Part shown: one piece after another, positions 45,563 to 48,397 of the stretch
Layout of the letters: each line of letters begins with the position of its first letter
Numbering within the stretch: position 1 is the first letter of the stretch
From: Gemmobacter sp.
GTDB lineage: Bacteria; Pseudomonadota; Alphaproteobacteria; Rhodobacterales; Rhodobacteraceae
DNA length: 48,397 nt
NCBI GenBank assembly: GCA_030683915.1
Contig: JAUXPG010000229.1
Span: forward strand, 1 to 48,397
Direction of reading: 5' to 3'
Made by a program: the position numbers and the translations under genes
The notes under the pieces: model-generated
The model's database searches: none
What the model saw: the letters and a program-made list of their open reading frames with translations, nothing else
Told to the model about the DNA's origin: nothing

Positions 45563-46768
45563 ATGACCGCCGTGATGGAGACAGACTTGCAGACAAACCG
45601 TGATGTGATCGTGATCGGCGGTGCCGTGACCGGGGCTTCTGTGGCGTGGTGGCTGACCCGGTTCGCGCCTGGGTTGCGCGTCAGCGTGATCGAACGTGAT
45701 CCGACCTATGCCAAGGCCGCAACCGCGCTGTCTGTGGCCTCCATCCGCAGCCAGTTTTCCAATCCGGTGAACGTGGAGATCAGCCGATTCGGAGTGAAAT
45801 TTCTACGGGAATTCGGCGCGGAACTTCACCTTGACGCAGGGCAGGGTGACCTTGGATTGAAGGAAAACGGTTACCTGTTTCTGGGCGGGTCGGCCGAGGC
45901 ACCGGGCGTGATGGCGGAAATCGCGGCAATGCACCGGGGGCTGGGCGCGCAGACCCAAGTGCTGACACCGGGCGAGGTGGCCGAACGCTGGCCGTGGATG
46001 CAGACGGGCGACCTTACTGCCGGATCGTTCGGCCCGCGCGACGAGGGGTGGTTTGACAACATGGGCCTGTTGGGCGGGTTCCGCACGGCCGCGCGGCGGG
46101 CGGGGGTGGAGTTCGTCAAGGACGAGGCGGTGGGGCTGGACCTGACGGGCGATCGGGTGACGGGCGTGCGTCTGGCCTCGGGCGCGGTGCTGGGCTGCGG
46201 CGTCGTGGTGAACTGCGCGGGCACGCGGGCGGCGCAGGTGCTGGGTTGGGCGGGGGTTGCCCTGCCGGTGGAACCGCGCAAGCGCACTGTCTTCGTGATC
46301 GACGCGCCCAATGCCCGCCATCCTGACGCGCCGCTCGTCATCGACCATCAGGGCTATTACATGCGCCCCGAACAGGGCGGCTGGATCACCGCGACGGTGC
46401 CGCAAGACGACGGCCCGTGCGATGCCGACGATTTCGAGCCCGACGCCCATCTCTTTGACGAGGTGATCTGGCCGATGCTCTACCAGAGGTCAGAAGGGTT
46501 TGATGCGGTAAAGGTGCAGCGGTTGTGGGTGGGGCATTACGATTACAACACGCTGGACCAGAACGCCGTGCTCGGCGCGGTGCCGGGCCGGGAGGGCCTG
46601 TATCTGGCCTGCGGGTTTTCCGGGCACGGGCTGCAACAATCGCCAGCCGTCGGGCGCGGGTTGGCCGAACTGATCGTGCATGGCGGCTATCGCAGCCTTG
46701 ATCTGTCGGAACTGGGGATGGCGCGGGTGTTGGAAGGTCGGCCGTTTCTGGAGCGCGCGATCGTCTGA
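45563..46768 (+). CDS. FAD-dependent oxidoreductase, DAO family (FOXRED1-like)
   Basis: VIVIGGAVTG, IERDPTY, SIRSQFSNPVN, GHYDYNTLDQN, GFSGHGLQQSP. Confidence 0.88.
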   Translation: MTAVMETDLQTNRDVIVIGGAVTGASVAWWLTRFAPGLRVSVIERDPTYAKAATALSVASIRSQFSNPVNVEISRFGVKFLREFGAELHLDAGQGDLGLKENGYLFLGGSAEAPGVMAEIAAMHRGLGAQTQVLTPGEVAERWPWMQTGDLTAGSFGPRDEGWFDNMGLLGGFRTAARRAGVEFVKDEAVGLDLTGDRVTGVRLASGAVLGCGVVVNCAGTRAAQVLGWAGVALPVEPRKRTVFVIDAPNARHPDAPLVIDHQGYYMRPEQGGWITATVPQDDGPCDADDFEPDAHLFDEVIWPMLYQRSEGFDAVKVQRLWVGHYDYNTLDQNAVLGAVPGREGLYLACGFSGHGLQQSPAVGRGLAELIVHGGYRSLDLSELGMARVLEGRPFLERAIV

Positions 46769-46912
46769 CCAGGGCGTTGCGGCGCCGAGGGGGGGCGCCG
46801 TTGCCCCCGTTGATGTGGCTCTGGCGCCCGTGGGGCCGGCCGCGCACGCCGCCGGCGGGGGCGCTGCCCCCGTCCGGACCTGCCGCCGGTGTATCAGCCC
46901 TTGGTGCGAGAC

Positions 46913-47119
46913 TCAGCCCTTTTTCATCGGGCAGGTGTTCAGACCAAGGATGGAGTAGAGCGGGCAGGAGGACATCAGCCCGGTGGCCAACGGCACGATG
47001 CCGATGAGGTAGAGCCAGCGCATCGAGGCATCGGGATTGAGGAAGAACCCGGCGATCAGGGCAAGGCCCACGACGATGCGCAGGATGCGGTCGATGCCGC
47101 CGACATTGGTTTTCAGCAT
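46913..47119 (-). CDS. DUF2892/YgaP-like membrane protein
   Basis: NVGGIDRILRIVVG...CPLYSILGLNTCP. Confidence 0.9.
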   Translation of the reverse strand: MLKTNVGGIDRILRIVVGLALIAGFFLNPDASMRWLYLIGIVPLATGLMSSCPLYSILGLNTCPMKKG

Positions 47120-47191
47120 GGTGGTTTCCCTTCTGGTCCTGCCCCCATTCGGGGCAACGCATCAGTTTTAGCCGATGCCGGAAGGGTTGTC

Positions 47192-47206
47192 TGTGATCTG
47201 GTCACA
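47192..47206. promoter_or_regulatory. Crp/Fnr-type palindrome upstream of the DUF2892 gene
   Basis: TGTGA-TCTGG-TCACA, about 30 bp upstream of a minus-strand TAAAAC -10-like box (47165-70). Confidence 0.6.
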
Positions 47207-47849
47207 CCGCTGCGGTGGCCAGCCGTGCCAGAGCGTCACGGTCGATCAGGTGGATGCGGCCCCGGTCGGTGGTGACCTGTCCCTGCCGCGCCATCGCATC
47301 GAGCCGGCGTGACACCACTTCGCGCGCCGTGCCGATCCGGGCGGCCAGGTCGGCCTGGGTGATCTGGACGGTGTCGCCTTGGGCAAGCTCCAGCAGGGCG
47401 GCGGCCAATCGCGCCTCGACCCGCGTGAAGGCGACGCGTTCCAGCAGAGCGGTCATGTCGGCCATCCGGGCAGCAAAGGCGCGGAACACAAAGCCGCGGA
47501 AGGGCGCGGATTGGTTCATCAGGTCATGGAACTGCGGTGCCGGAATCGACACCACGCGGCAATCGGTCACGGCCAGAGCCTCGGCGGTGTAGGGGGCATC
47601 GCCCAGAAGGCCAAGCGTGGTCTGGACGCAGCTTTGCCCAGGCTCCACGGCATACAGCAGGATCTCGCGCCCTGAAGGGCCGGTCAGATGCACCTCGACC
47701 CGACCCGTCAGCACCACTGCAAAGCCCCGGGCGATGTCGCCGGGGGCAAAGAGCCGGGTGCCGCGTGGGATGTCGCGGGGGGGCAGGGCATCGAGCCGGG
47801 CGCGGGCACCAGCGTCCAGATCCGGCAGTTCGGTGCCCGCCCACCCCAT
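47202..47849 (-). CDS. Crp/Fnr family transcriptional regulator
   Basis: GREILLY.VEPGQSC, HTH ITQADLAARIGTAREVVSRRL. Confidence 0.92.
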   Translation of the reverse strand: MGWAGTELPDLDAGARARLDALPPRDIPRGTRLFAPGDIARGFAVVLTGRVEVHLTGPSGREILLYAVEPGQSCVQTTLGLLGDAPYTAEALAVTDCRVVSIPAPQFHDLMNQSAPFRGFVFRAFAARMADMTALLERVAFTRVEARLAAALLELAQGDTVQITQADLAARIGTAREVVSRRLDAMARQGQVTTDRGRIHLIDRDALARLATAAV

Positions 47850-48397
47850 CAACCGCGCCCGCGTTTTTCGAACCGGGGCAGCATGGCGGAGAAATCCATG
47901 CCCTTGCCGCCTTCGGTTTCGACGAACTGTTCGTAGAGCGCCGCAGCCAGTTGCCCCATCGGGGTATCGGCATCGGCCGATGTCGCGGCCTGCTGCGACA
48001 GGCGCAGGTCCTTGAGCATCAGTTCGGCGGCAAAGCCGGGCTTGTAGCCGTTGTCGGCGGGCGATTTCGGGCCGACGCCGGGGGCAGGGCAATAGGCGTT
48101 CATTGTCCAGGAATACCCCGACGAGGTGGACACCACATCGAACATCTTCTGCCGGTCCAACCCCAGCTTGTCTGCCAGCGCAAACGCCTCGCAGGTGGCG
48201 ATCATGGTGACGCCAAGGATCATGTTGTTGCAGATCTTGGCGGCCTGCCCGGCCCCCGCGCCGCCGCAATGCACGGCCTTCTGGCCCATCACGTCAAACA
48301 GCGGTTTGACCTTGGCAAAGGCCGCATCGCTGCCGCCTGCCATGAAGGTCAGGGTGCCAGCCGCCGCCCCGCCCACGCCGCCCGATACCGGCGCGTC
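47849..48397 (-). CDS. mmsB: 3-hydroxyisobutyrate dehydrogenase (5' end outside the window)
   Basis: DAPVSGG, GQAAKICNNM, YCPAPG, GFAAELMLKDL, DFS. Confidence 0.93.
   Translation of the reverse strand, partial: DAPVSGGVGGAAAGTLTFMAGGSDAAFAKVKPLFDVMGQKAVHCGGAGAGQAAKICNNMILGVTMIATCEAFALADKLGLDRQKMFDVVSTSSGYSWTMNAYCPAPGVGPKSPADNGYKPGFAAELMLKDLRLSQQAATSADADTPMGQLAAALYEQFVETEGGKGMDFSAMLPRFEKRGRG

Overview
GC-rich alphaproteobacterial chromosome segment, most consistent with Rhodobacteraceae/Paracoccaceae (ATP synthase zeta subunit, G-1-less tRNA-His, RpoH2-like sigma, B-type Hint protein). It holds about 49 CDS and 2 tRNAs. No integrase, transposase, phage gene or CRISPR array is visible. Core genes: hflX, hfq, trkH, trkA, hpt, tyrS, anmK, purC-like/purS, ruvX, ccmI, dsbB, rpsB, tsf, mmsB. 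Methylamine/C1 metabolism: soxBDAG, two GcvT-family dehydrogenases (one with a choline-kinase-like gene and DeoR) and a homocysteine methyltransferase. There is also an hmgA cluster and an RTX/cadherin/Hint surface protein after tRNA-Leu. Best leads: (1) an intact PurC that has selectively lost its CAIR/Mg/aspartate-site residues but kept the ATP-site ones; (2) a Cys-tailed MarR divergent from an extra RpoH2-like sigma factor, with stacked palindromes in the spacer; (3) an unannotated ~200-nt transcript/33-aa sORF behind a lux-box-like site, downstream of a LuxR solo lacking AHL-pocket residues. Family assignments come from motif recognition, not database searches. Start codons were chosen by eye.
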